Assembly (NCBI RefSeq): GCF_009914755.1
Contig: NC_060934.1
From: the human T2T-CHM13v2.0 reference genome, Homo sapiens
Strand: one strand, 5' to 3'
DNA length: 64,000 nt
Each line of letters begins with the position of its first letter. Position 1 is the stretch's first letter. Shown here piece by piece: positions 40,961 through 55,023 of this stretch. The notes beneath the pieces were generated by a model, which was given only the letters and a program-made list of their open reading frames with translations, was not told where the DNA came from and did not search any database. The position numbers and the translations under genes were made by a program.

Positions 40961-41183
40961 GGTGGTGCTGGAAGCTTGAATTCTCTTCTGTCAGTAGCTA
41001 CGGAAAATCAAAGAAGGAAATATCAAGTGGTCTGTGTTTTCAGGGCCACTGACTCTGTGACTCCCGCTGTCTGGTCTTCATGAAGCCAGGCGGTCAAATG
41101 GGACACACAGAAACTCGAATCAGTGAGTCCTTCCTCCTGGCCTGAGGTCCCAGCTTGATCCCACAACAGGGAAAATTCTGGAG
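40961..41183 (+). repeat. Copy 1 of a ~220-bp dispersed direct duplication
   Basis: Aligns by eye to 42998-43216 with ~6 substitutions and one 4-bp indel. Confidence 0.95.
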
Positions 41184-41570
41184 CTTAGTAATGACTTCAT
41201 TGTCAGCCTCTGCTCACCCTTGGAAGGAGATCAAAATTAAGTCACTCAAATTTTCATTTCTTTTGTTTGAGTAACTGTAAAATGGAAAACGATTTTTTAA
41301 AACTGAACTTGTGGTGATTTTTTTTTTAACTTAGCTTAAAGTGTTTAAAGCTAGTGGTTGAATGTTTAAGCAATGATGGCAAGTTCTAATCTTATAAGTG
41401 ATGACACAACAAAGTAACATGAGAAGGGCCTCCTCTTCCCACTCTCCAGGATGAGCATGACGTAAGATCTACACAAAGGAAGACATAAACCAGGTTAGGA
41501 ATGTACAATCATATCTTAAAACATGCATCCAAATTATAACTTGTAAGCATCCATTTTTTCCTGAGTTATT

Positions 41571-41950
41571 AGCTTTTATTTATTAGAGCAGGTTTAGATT
41601 TAGAGAAAACTGGAATGGAAAGTACTCAGGTTCCCAGACGCTTCCTCTCTCCTGCTCCAGCCTCCACTATAATGGACTCCTTCCATTAATGTGGTGTATT
41701 TGTTACAATGGATGAGCCAATATTATCGATGATATGTCATTATTAACTAAAGTCGATAGTTGATGCTGGGGTCCACTTTGTGTTGCACATTCTATGGATT
41801 TTGATAAATGCATCCTCTGTTGCAGCATCACACAGTGTTGATTCCTTGCCCTGATAATATCCAGTGCTCCACCTGTTCAACCTTCCCTCTCTCTCTCCAC
41901 ATCCAATCAACCACTGAACATGTTGTCTCTGTGTTTTGCCTTCCATTTTC
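41571..41950 (-). mobile_element. L1MC/L1MD-type 3'UTR fragment
   Basis: agagcaggtttagatttagagaaaactg..gtggtgtatttgttacaatggatgagccaatat..cattctatggattttgataaatg. Confidence 0.8.
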
Positions 41951-42429
41951 TTTTCACTTACAACCAGATCTGGTGAATTCTGTTTTCATGAGTGATGACT
42001 CTTTTACCCCTTTCTCTCGCCCTTCCACTTCTCTTTTGCTACTGTCTCACCTCATGGTCTTGGAGCCTGGCTTGAGAAGAGACTAGAGGCTGCTCTCGTT
42101 GCCTCCACCTTTTAGTCTAGTTGCATATATGGTGATCATTTGGAAACACAATGCCATCATATCTCTTTCCTACCCAGTGATTGTCATTATCCCTCTTGCT
42201 CCAGCAATAAGCTAAGACTTCACAGTGACAGAGGACGCGCATGAGCTCACGTTTCTGCAAAGTGCTTTCTTCTTGTCTCCTCCCTCTTAGGGCCTGTATC
42301 CTCAATCCCCTCCCCTTTCTCCCAACAGTCCATATTTCCTTCATGCATGCACATTAAAATCCCTCACATGAATGCATTTTCTTTTCTACAGGGTGAATGC
42401 TTCCTGCTCGTTGGCTTTGCTGCTGGCTG

Positions 42430-42800
42430 GTATATGAGTAGCACTGGCTGATGTAACAAACGTACACCAACGTTCCAGTGGCTTCCTACAAGAGTTCTAT
42501 TCTTCCTCATGAAAAATTTCAGACTACATTCCTGGTTGTCAGGAAGCTCCCCTCCACATGATGACTCAGGGACTCATTTTGTTCCTCATGGCTCTGCCCT
42601 GTCTTGTGCATGTTGTTGGTGAAGTTGATAAAGGAACTTAGAAAGCCATTTTCTGTGGAGGCATAATCCAAGTGATGCCTATCATACCAGCTCCTATTCC
42701 CTTGGTAGGAATTTACTCACACAACCACCTCTATTTTAGAGGGAAGCAGGGAGACTTAGTGTTACTGTATGCCCAGAAAAGAAAGGTCAACTGAGGATTT
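42430..42800 (-). mobile_element. Old MLT1-type LTR fragment
   Basis: ctggctgatgtaacaaac..cagtggctt..tgactcagggac..gggaagcagggagacttagt. Confidence 0.5.
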
Positions 42801-42997
42801 CAAGTATCTACCAGTCTTAAGTGAATATAGAGAATTCTAGGTGGAGAAAACTAAAGAAAACAGAGACAGAGGAACAAAGTAAGTGAAGGTTGCAGAGTAC
42901 GGAATGAAGGAGCTGGAAGTGGCAACGACATTCTACACTAGAGGAGAGGATGGGGTAGTTTCTCAATGCATGGAAAATCTATTCTCTCGGAAGACCT

Positions 42998-43216
42998 GGT
43001 GGTGCTGGAGGCTTGAATTCTCTTCTGTCAGTAGCTACAGAAAATCAAAGAAGGAAATATCAAACTGTGTTTTCAGGGCCACTGACTCTGTGACTTCCGC
43101 TGTCTGGCCTTCATGAAGCCAGGCGGTCAAATGGGACACACAGAAACTCGAATCAGTGAGTCCTTCCTCCTGGCCTGAGGCCCCAGCTTGATCCCACAAC
43201 AGGGAAAATTCTGGAG
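42998..43216 (+). repeat. Copy 2 of the ~220-bp dispersed direct duplication
   Basis: See 40961-41183; carries ctggagg at both junctions. Confidence 0.95.
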
Positions 43217-43355
43217 GTTTCTGTGTTGACCTGGGTGGTAGTTATGCAGCGGTGTTCCCTTTGTGACAATTCATCAAACCATTCACATAATGTGTTGCCT
43301 TTTCTGTAGGTATTTTTTTCTTCAATGAATAGTTTAATAAACACAAAAAAGAAAA
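43217..43355 (+). mobile_element. L1M (L1ME-like) extreme 3' end
   Basis: ttgacctgggtggtagttatgc..gtgttccctttgtgacaattcatcaa..ttttctgtaggtattt..cttcaatgaa..aataaa plus an A-rich tail. Confidence 0.75.
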
Positions 43356-44629
43356 TATGGTCATCTTATCTTTGGACAGTCTCTCAAATGTTTTATAATT
43401 AATTAAATTCTTTAACTTATGTATTTAGTTGGCCTGTTTTTTCTTTGAATATGCATCCAGATATCCCAGGTCACAGGAATTTCGACTTATACTTAGGTTA
43501 CAAAACCATGCTGATGCACACATTTGAATTTTGTTGATCTACTTTTTCTGGTTCCCTTTCCCTAGAGTGTTCTCTTTTTTTTTCTCTGTAGCTGAAGTCA
43601 ACCTATTAATTTTAAAGTATTTGATTAAACAGAATCTTCTTTATGAAGCCCGTCCTGGGCCTTCTATGTGGAATTGGCCATTCTATTGTTCATGTTCCTA
43701 TGGTACAAAGCACATCTTTCATCTGATCCTACAGCATTTTAGTGAACTTCTTTGACTCCAATTACTAGATAATAAGCTCATTTGATGCTAGAGGTTATGC
43801 TTAATCATCTTTTTATCCCAAGTCCCCAGAAAACATAGTAAATGCCTAATAATTTGTTGAAGGAATGTGCAAGTGAATGGAAATGTATGCAACTTGTAAC
43901 TGCGTAATGCAATTTTCAATCATGACTTAATATTTGTCATAGTTTACAGTAAAAACACATTATTTTAAATGGAGAGTCTAATATCATTTAAATATTCCAC
44001 AGAAATAAAGACAGTTTTAGGTCTCTGGTTAAATTTTTTAGTAAATTAGGGATGAAATAACAGATTTCAAAGACTCACTTTCTAAGTAGTATTTTTCTGT
44101 CACTCGATGTCTATTTTCCTTCTTTCTACTTTTAAAATGGCAGCTGCACTTTTAAATTTATATTATTTCCATCATAAATAACAAATGAGTAAGTTCTTAC
44201 TCATTTTCTTGCATCTCCTGAATAAGAGTTATTAAGTTAAACACAAATATCAAATTATAAAAACCTACAACCAACTAATTATGTTTTTTTTTTCCTTTTG
44301 TTTTAAAGAAAGTACTCAAATTCAACTTTAATTTGTGGCATTAATTTATTATAGTGGTGTGGCTGAGGTAATGTAAACAGGAGAACTTTTCTGCCTTTCT
44401 TTCCTTATTTTTCCAATTCTCATTACACATTTCTGGAGGCAAATCTTCATTTAAAAGGTGCTGCAAACTCAAGCTTCCCTCATGAATGGCATGTGTTAAA
44501 TGTGAGATACTCCGAAAGAGTTCTCACACATCACTGCTGTACAGAGCAAAGTACACTATCACGAATGCATTGATTTAATAAAAGGGCAGAAAGTGAACGA
44601 ATGAATCGGTCAACTCGGGAACCTGGAAG

Positions 44630-45000
44630 AGCAAAGCCGCAGCAGGCGCTGCTCTCACCCATCCTGCCCTCAGCTTCAGCCTGCAACGTGTGCATTTTCC
44701 GCCCTGTGCTCTGCTGCTGAAGGGCCTTCGTCAGAGGATCGCCTCCTCCAGGAGGGCTGTTCTCCTGCTTCCCTCCTAGGACTGAGCTCTTGACTCCAGG
44801 AGCAGCTAACCACACAGTGTGACTTGCTGTCCTGGTCTCCCTGCAAGCTCAGGCTGAGTCTGTGGTTGCGCTTGAACCTCCTGCTGTTGAGTGTCCTCAC
44901 TTCCTGGCCAGTTGGTTTCTCCTGGAAGAATTTATTTCACAAACACTTGCACCCAAACCCTCGCCTCAAATTTTGCTTCTGGGAGAACTCGACCTAAGAT
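44630..45000 (+). mobile_element. ERVL LTR33/LTR16-like solo LTR
   Basis: 3' end cacttgcacccaaaccctcgcctcaaattttgcttctgggagaactcgacctaagat resembles the LTR33-type terminus; 5' boundary uncertain. Confidence 0.55.
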
Positions 45001-45654
45001 GGAAATGTACAGATAGAGTCTAAGGAAAGAAAGAAATGTAGGGGCACAAACTTAATGCAATTGAGAAGGTGAGGCAATATAAGGAATTCACAAAAAGAAG
45101 GCAGATGAACGTCTGGAAATCTTAATAATGAGAACTTCTCTATGATACCATGCTCAGTAGATTGGGTGTGGAGCTGGGATGGATGGGGACTTAATTCGGA
45201 TGACCTGATCATGTGAGCAGTGTCTAGCAGAGCCCAAGGTCAAAATCCTTCAGGAAGATCTTTAGAACCACAAATGGGTTTCAGCAAATTATGAGCCCCC
45301 TAGGTGAAAATCTTATGAGAGAGCAGTAAAATAGAAGGAAGAGAATTAAATCATGCAAAGGCAGTGTATTATCAAAGGCTTCAGGGTGTGAGGTGAGTGG
45401 CTGGGTGCCTATATTTTTCACAGTAGACTTTTCTAAGGTGAGAGGATTTTTTATTGTGTAAATATTTATGTTCCTTTGTTTTTGGCAATGCTTGCATATC
45501 AAAGGTGTACAAGAAAAGTCAAACACATGAGAGCTCAGTAAGAATGGTCATAGAATCTCACTTTATTTTCTATTAATTTTTGTTTCTGTTGTGCTGGAAA
45601 AATAATATGCCTTTATATGGGGATGAGAAGGGAGAAAAGTCATTATATTCCTTA

Positions 45655-45985
45655 TTCTTTTCTTTTTTCTTTTTTTTTTTTTTTTTTTTTGAGATAAGGT
45701 TTCATGCTATTGCCCAGGATGGAATGCAGTGGCACAATCATGGTTCACTATAACCTTGACCTCCTGGCCTCAAGCACTAGGCTCAGCAGCTGGGACTGCA
45801 AGTGCATGCCACCACAACCCGCTGGTTTTTTGTTGTTGTTGTTTGTTTGTTTGTTTTACCTTGTTTGTAGAGATGAGAGTCTCACTGTACTGCCCAGGCT
45901 GGTCTCAAGCTCCTGGCCTCAAGTGATTCTCCTACCTTGGCCTCCCAAAAGCTGGGATTACAGGTGTGAGCCACGGCACCTGGCC
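45655..45985 (-). mobile_element. AluJ
   Basis: Poly(T) then gagataaggtttcatgctattgcccagg..caatcatggttcac..cacctggcc. Confidence 0.9.
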
Positions 45986-48368
45986 TTATATTGCTTCCTG
46001 CTTAGTTTCACAAGGACTGAAATCTACCCTCTGATTTCAACCAAAGTCCCATTCTGACATATAGAAATAGCAATTTGCTGCTAGGTATATATTTAGAAAG
46101 AATAAAATCTCCCTTTTAAGGTGAATGAAAGTAAGCTTTATCTTTCAAGTGGTAGGAAAGGAGGTCCACGCAGGTGAATGTGAGTGTGTTGGTGTGTGGC
46201 ATACATAACATCTAGTGGGTACGACGGTGTGATCCTAGGCGTGTAAAAAGAACCCCTTCAGAGCAGTGGCCATATGGTATTTTCTGCAAATGGTTAGATG
46301 CTTTTGAATATTTAAAATCTTCACTCTAAAAATAGAATTGGGTATCTATCTGATAAGGTGGTTATTTCATTTATTATCAAAGGTTAAGTAAACATTTTCA
46401 CTAGGGACATCACTAAAAAAAAATCATCTCTCAGAGAAAGGAAAATAATTCTTTCCAGTTTAATTTTATTCCTTTTTGCGACAGGAGGGAAGGCTGGGAT
46501 CCACTGGGTTGATTCCAGGGCCTGTCTCTGGGCTGGGGGTAGAGAGGTAAATAGTGGATGCATCTCTTTGTCTTCCACAGTTTGATGGATGCCAGTCGCC
46601 AAATAAGAAATATTTTTAGTTTCAAGCCAGTTGCTACTGAAGTCAAAAGTTCTAATTGTTCATTTATCCACAGTTTTCTGGGTGAGGAAAAGGGCTAAAT
46701 GGGAAGAGAGAGATGCCTTCTCTTGCAGGGGTCATTGTCCTTGACAGTAGTGCATGCCCAGAAGAGACAGCATGACCACTGCAGTAAGACACCTGGGAGC
46801 AGGTAAGCACAGCCACCTGGCTGTTAGTGACATGGTTGTCATCATGACTATTATTATTATTTGTTAATATTTGTTCCCAGTGCCATGAGGCTGCTTTCTC
46901 AAGCAGCAATTTCTTTATTTCAAAACAAGTTTCAGTGTAATTCACCTCACTCACAAGGGTATTCTAGAAACAAGTGAGTTGCTTGTTGCCCTTTTTAGCT
47001 GACACACCGAATAAACCTTGACACTTTCCCTTCCTGGTTTCTCCCTTCCCCTCGCCATCATAGCAGGAGGCTGCTTTGAAATATATTATACTGACAGTGA
47101 GCATATGTGCAGCAGTAAATATTATGGTTTCATCTAATGCTTCAACTGTGAAAACAAAAGACAGAAAATGTAGTTCACATAACAGATACTGAGGTCAAAA
47201 ACTATCGGTACAGATATTCCACATGGCAACTATTACACATTTCATGGAGAGCTTATTTATGGGAACATATTATGAGTCATAGCAATTCATAACATGGTGT
47301 GCTATGGAAAATTCCATTCTCCACTCCAACTAAATAGTAGACACACAGCACTCATTTTTGATTAATGAGAGTCATAAACATATCCCACCAGGTATAATAC
47401 AGTAGTTTACAGCTCTAACCTAAATTGACAGATATATTTTTTTCTTCATAAAACAAGAAAAATGGGATAAGTAAAATTACTGCAGTTCTCAGCCCAACAG
47501 TTAACTGGCTACAGCCAGGGCCGGGGCAGTGTCATTACCCACTTATCGGGATTTCAGCTCCTCTGGCATCATTTATTCATTACCTATATTGCAGCATCTT
47601 CATCTATTCTATAAAGATCTTTCTAGTTTGAATTAAGATAATGTGCTATCTGTGCTTGTTAGATATGGCATAACGCGGTTTGTACTCACTTTAAATCTCA
47701 CCAAGTCAGAGAGCATTTTTGCATTTGAGATAGAGCTAAAAATATTCACCCATTAAAATAGTAATCATCATTAAAATTAGCTCACTGATTTTGCTGATTA
47801 ATTTTTCAGTAACAAGTGTGCTTTCCGAAAAGTTTCAATTAAACATTTTTTGACAAAACTACATTTTTAAATCGTAAGAAGAAAAAGATAATTAAGGAAA
47901 TAAAAATAGAAAATTTAAATCTACTGTAATTTTTAAAAGCCTGAAAAATTCTCTGACAAAAATAAAGAGTGAAGAGGATGGGGATGGTTGCTATTACTAG
48001 AATGTAGGACTGAGTTAGTTTCCTACATTTTCATTTTTGGGCTGTGATCATCACACCTTGGAAATGTTGTCTATTTTTGCCTGTATAGAAAAAGTACAAT
48101 CTAGCAGACATAAGAATTCAAGGGAAGAGGGCCACTTTGGTGAGATTTAAATCTTTATTTGCATGAGTTCTATTTTCAAATGCAACAGGCATGGTTCAAG
48201 TTCCGAACAAGGTTGGAAATCTGTCAAGGTGCAGCTTTAAATCCAGGGGATGAAACCAAGGTTGGCTGCTTATGAGGCAGTCGTTGGTACTTTTTTTTCT
48301 CTTTAGAATCTATTTTCGTTGAAGTTAAAGACATAAGCAACTTTTGAAAATTATGGCAGAAGAAATAA

Positions 48369-48869
<501 letters not shown>

Positions 48870-49399
48870 GTTATTTCAATCCCATAAGAATATCAATCTG
48901 TACTGTAATCTTTAAGAAAGCAGACTAGTACAAATGTCTCTGGCTTTAAAATAGATACACATATTTTAAATGGAGAATAAGAATATTAACTCTAAGACAG
49001 AAACCTGTTAAAAAAAGTATAGAAGATAAATAGTAGGAGAAAGGTATAATGTTCAGCCATGTTAAAAATAATGTTTGCATATAATTTGGTACTAATAAAA
49101 GCAATTAAATACTCCTTAGGTTTGAATACTTGATGTGACACAGTATTTGTAATGGGTATATGTCACAAAGCAGTAGTGATGTTCGGCCCATCACAGATGA
49201 CCGGCAGTAGTGATGTCCAGCTCGTCACAGATGACTATCAGAGAGTATGTGTCATGGGAATATCTTCTGACCTTTCTCATATAACGGGTGGCAGCAGACA
49301 TCAAGAGAGACAGGGGCTCCTGTCAAAATGATCTGGGATATGGCAGGCAAGAAGGAGCAGCAGTTAACCCAAAGATTTCCATATTTCCATAGAAAAATA

Positions 49400-49402
<3 letters not shown>

Positions 49403-49431
<29 letters not shown>
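49403..49431. repeat. (CA)n microsatellite
   Basis: Directly visible. Confidence 0.95.
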
Positions 49432-50269
49432 TTTATTTTCTTTTTAGAGAACACAGATAATGTGTAGTTATATATTTCTTTATTTCCAAACATTAAGCTG
49501 TAATGGAAATCAGCTTGTTTTAATAATGTAATTTAGCTTAATCTTCGATGGAGCTCTAGTGAGCTATTTTCTAGAATTTTTAGAAAGTAAGTCATTTGCT
49601 GTTTATGAGTCTCATTACATAATCTCTGGGCCATTTGAATTGCAAGAGATATTAAATCAAAATGTTTATAAAAGGTTATCTATGTATTCTATGACACAGT
49701 ATGTCTGAGATGGCTAGCATTTGAGAAACAAAGATGTTCTTATTTGTCTCCTTTAATTTGAAATGTAAATTTAGTTTGGTTTAAAGTGGAATGCCATAGA
49801 TAACTATCAGAATAAAACAATGTGTGTATTTGTGTGTGTGAGGGTGTGTAGATTGGTAGATAGATGATAGATGATAAATAATAGCTATACAGACGGAAGA
49901 TAGCTATATGGACATTTAAGGTACCTAAATTATCATATATTGTCACATCTTGACTCCTAATTACATCCAGGTGCATATGAAAATAAAAGGTTTGAGCTAT
50001 TTTAAATCCTGTGTGTATGTTTGTTATTTCCCAACATTCACCTTTGCCCTCTTGCAAACTATCTTTCCTGTAGCAGCCAAAGTGATTTAAAAATAAAATA
50101 CAAGTATTTTAGACCTTCGAAAGGGCTGGCATCACACTTAGAACCAAATCTAAACTCCCGGCTACAGCCTGCCTCTCCTAGCTCCTACGCCATGACTGCC
50201 CCCAACCCACCCCAGCTCTCTAAGCTCCCACCCTAGACCTCACTGGCTTCCTGCCAGCCTTAGGACACA

Positions 50270-50727
50270 GGCTCCTTCCGTTTCTTCAGCCTGAGATGGC
50301 CACTCCCTGGGGCTGGTCTCTGTAAGCTGGCTCCTTCTAGCACTGCTGGGGCTCTGCCTAACCTCCCACAGACCCCTTAACCAGCTCTGTGGGCTCTGCC
50401 CAGCTTCTAGGGAGTTGCATCCTGGTTCAGGGCATCTTCCTGGGGCTTGTAGGCCTCCCACAAGGGAGGTGACTGCCGGGTGGGTGTGTGAAGCCCAGCT
50501 CCCTTCCCTCCACAGCAAACTGCAGAGGTAGCATCATCACCAAGCATCTGAGCACACAGGCTGAGGCTGAGACCCCCTGAGAAGCTGTCCCCGCCTGGCA
50601 TCTCCTGCTTCCCTCTCTTGACCCTTACATTGCCAGATTGGCTTCTTCTGGAAGCAGTTCTTTAATCGATCGCTTACAGGTAAATCTTCATCTCAGCATG
50701 TACCTCTGGGAAGTCTGAGGCAAGACA
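50270..50727 (+). mobile_element. ERVL LTR33-like solo LTR, probably inserted in an L2 relic
   Basis: 3' end aaatcttcatctcagcatgtacctctgggaagtctgaggcaagaca; L2-like sequence at ~50050-50240 and ~50900-51070. Confidence 0.5.
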
Positions 50728-51630
50728 AATGGCAGCTCCAAAGCCACCTCCAACCCCCTTCTGACAAAGACAGCCCATTCAGGGACCTAGTATTCGTTTC
50801 AAGTCCAGGGCCCCCCAGGATCCCAAGCATGGGGTCCCTGGGATTGGGGGCACTGCCTCCAGCCTGGGCTGCATGTTTTATATTTTCTCTGTTTATTCCC
50901 TTGATGAGACTTATTACTATCTGTAATTATGCATCCTTTGTTTATGTGAATATTGGTTTCCTCCAGTAAGTCACACTCTCTATGGAAACAGCAGCTTCAT
51001 TTGCACCCTTCACTGCCACACCTTGGCTGCCATGATGGCACGCAGGGAAGGCAGGTGCTGCTGGATGCTGGGGACATGAGAACCTTGCTCTCGAAGAGGA
51101 AGATCCTGCCTCTCTTCACCAAATTCTTACATCCCCATTTCCATAAGCTGCGTCATTGTCTCTGCTGACCCTCAGCTTCTCGGCCTATCCTTGTTGCCCT
51201 GGCTCCTGGGGCCAGCAGGGCTGGTGGCTGCAGGAATTTATGAGGGCATGTACCTGTGAAGAGCGAACAGTGGTAGTGCCTGATGGCCAATTTTTGAGAT
51301 GCCTAAAAGCTTTCTCAGGGCGCCTGGGCATGACCATTAGGAAAGGAGCATGCATTATGAAGAGTGTGGTCCTTTTCTAGCTCAGCGAGATTTACTTCCC
51401 CAGGTGGAGCTGGTAAAAGCACAAGCACCCTCGATAAACCCTGAGGAGCTCAGGTGGTTGCCCAGGGAGTGGAGCCTGGTGAGGACATTTCCCTGGAGAT
51501 CAGGCACCGGAATGTCTGCTTCCTAGCTTTTCTGGGAGTAGGGGATGCAGAAAGCAGAAGTGAATGGAACAAGTTCCTTATGACCTTTCACCATTTGGCA
51601 AATGTGTGTGATAGAATATGCAGAAGAATG

Positions 51631-52221
<591 letters not shown>

Positions 52222-52292
52222 ATGCAGAAGAATGGATGTCACATTTAATTTTTTAAAAAAATATATATCCTGTGAGACATTTAACTCAATGA

Positions 52293-52640
52293 TTTATTAA
52301 TTCAAGAAATCTTTATTTAGCACTTTGTATGTGCTAGGCCCTGGTCTAGACATTGGGAGCACAGAAGTGACCAAACGCAGACATATTTTGCCTTCCTGTT
52401 TGATATTCTAGTTGGCTGAGAGAAACAATAAATGAACACTCGGAAGGTTGATGGGTTGGCAAAAGTGAGAGAGACTGGACTTGGTGGGGAAGCTTGGTGG
52501 TGGTGGCAATAAGCTTTTAAGCAAAGATTTAAATAAAGCAAGGAAGCAGTCCATGCAAGCACCTTCAGGAAGTGTGTTTCAGGCAGAGACACGGTGGGTG
52601 AATGCTCTGAGGCTGAAACAAGCTGAGGGGGAACAAGAAA
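52293..52640 (-). mobile_element. L2 fragment
   Basis: ttcaagaaatctttatttagcactttgtatgtgctaggccctggtctagacattggg. Confidence 0.75.
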
Positions 52641-53287
52641 CACTAAAATTCTGTGAATTCCAGCGGCATCAGTTGAATGTTAATTATGGCACATCAGGTA
52701 CTTTCCCTTAGCAGCCAACAGAGTAAAAGGGAGTCGGTCTATGTACATAGATGATTGCTTTTGAGGTGGCACTTAACACCTGTGTTTCCATCATATCCCA
52801 GTGGTAGACTAGAAAATGGCAACAAATAATAGAATTTGTGTTATTCTCATAGGATCTTTTTAATAAGTTATAGATTCATCTGAGGGAGTACCAGACTATT
52901 GGGTTTTAGAGATTGACAGCAAAGAAGAACTTAGGCATGAATCTTCTTAATAACAGCTAATATAGAAATAGAGGAAAAAATCATTCTCACAATACAGATA
53001 GATTAGAAAGTAATCATTTATATTCAACAAGTATTTATTGCATAACTAAAAGATTCTATGTGAGAGTACTACACGTAATGATTTTCTGTGAAGCAGTTAA
53101 GATACAATTTGTTCCTCTAAGAAGGAAAACAGGATGTATGCATCTATGTTCTCTGCCAAGCACACTAAGGCTTTTGCTTTTAATTCATAAACATTATGCA
53201 ATACAATGGCATACAATAAAGTTCCTCTTTGTTTAGTAGAGCTGAGGGTGTCCCAGTTGGTTGCAATATATATATTTAATAATTAGA

Positions 53288-53455
53288 TTGTGTGTGTGTG
53301 CACAAGTGTGTGCATGCACATGTATGTGTGCGTGCATGTGTCTGCATATATGCACACACACGAGGGTGTGTAAGTGGGTATGCATGTGTGTGTGTGTGTA
53401 TATGTTCACATGTGAGTGTGTGTGAATGGACATGCTTGTGTGTGTGTGTTCACAT
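53288..53455. repeat. Degenerate (TG/CA)-rich alternating purine-pyrimidine tract
   Basis: Directly visible; explains the His/Thr- and Cys/Val-rich ORFs. Confidence 0.9.
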
Positions 53456-55023
53456 TGTGCAATCCAAATGCCCTGCTTTATGCATCTGTATTCAAGACTC
53501 AAGTCCTGCGGGGACAGAGTAACTTGTTTTCAAGAGTGTTTGGCACAGCATCCTGCAGATGTGGGAACTTAGTAATTGTGTGCTGAGGACGATGATTAGG
53601 TTGATGACAAATTTGTGTGTTGAGTAGAAAGAGCTTACTGATTAGTTTCTGGAATTGTTGCCCAGTTTTAAACAAATGGGGTTTTGCTGTTTTTTTTTTT
53701 TTTGATTCGTGGGTTCTGTCATGTATTTAGTTAAACTATGAATGCTGCATTAAAATGAATACCTTCTCATCTTCCTGGAATATGCGTGGGCGTCTTGCAG
53801 GGATTACGAGTGGACTTTGAGCGTTGCACTTCTCCCACACCTTCTCCTGTGTCCTAGGCATGGCCAGGCGCAGAGGCCCAGGGAGGAGCACCAGGTGTTC
53901 TGGAGCTTTTATTTTGGGGATTTGTATGTGTATTTTTTCAGAGGTCTCCTGAAATTTCTCAATCCTATGCCCCAGAAAATATCCAGATTGGCACTAGGTG
54001 TTACTCTTTGGCTTGAGACTCTCTTATTAAATCTTGCTGTCATGTGTGTGATTTTATTATTTTTTTAAAGGATATGAAATATGCATCCTTAGTAAGCAAT
54101 AAAGGGGAGCCGCACATGGATTGGAGCCATGATGTGCTCCACCTGCTGGAAACATTTCCAAGGATCCTGTCTCCTTTTACAAACTGTATTTATGATGGTA
54201 GCCCCTGTGATGATGAGTTACATGTATTCTGTTTTCTGTGCTACTCAAATAAAAAGTGGTAGCTGTTCCATTTCGCTGTTTCAGGAATGTAAGAAAAATA
54301 TGAAACTGGAAGATCCTTGCTCTAAAGAGTAAAAATTCAAAAAACAGAAAAGGTTTTCAGTACTGTGAGAAATGGTTTATGAGTCTTTGCTAAGAAGTGG
54401 TATTATCTATGAGGGCAATAAATATGAAGGTCCCGGTGAAATTTAACTTTTGGGGAAAGTTGCTATCTTAATCAGCTTGGATTTCAGACAAATGTCTGAT
54501 GGTGAAAATTTAAACAAAATAAGAAAAACAAAGAAAAAATAAGCTTACTAAAACAAAATAAAGTGACACAATGAGACACTGAGAAAATACAATGGAGGCT
54601 GAGTATTCAGGATCAAAAGACTCAGTGTTTTACTAGGACTTCCTATGGAAAAGTCTTCATTCGATTAGACAGATAAATTTGATTCCACTTTATTGAAATG
54701 ATCAAGAGGTATGTGCAAGACTTCAGGAATCCTAAGTGACGTTTAAAGCGTTTTTAAGCCGTGGGAAGATCTGGCGTGACTTATTGTATTTGAAACTTCA
54801 GAGCAACTCCAAAGGCAAACCCAGCTCAGGGAAGACACATTGTTACTTGTACTCAATAAGTAGATGCTAAGAAACATAACATGCTTCTTACCTCAAGGCT
54901 GAGGTTAAGATGGTAAATTGAGTTTTCAAACGGACAGTAACACAATGCCCATCACAGCTGTACCTAGACCCGGAGCCTGATAAAATCTGCCGCTCTACCC
55001 CGACCACGCCACGTGTCTCAGCA

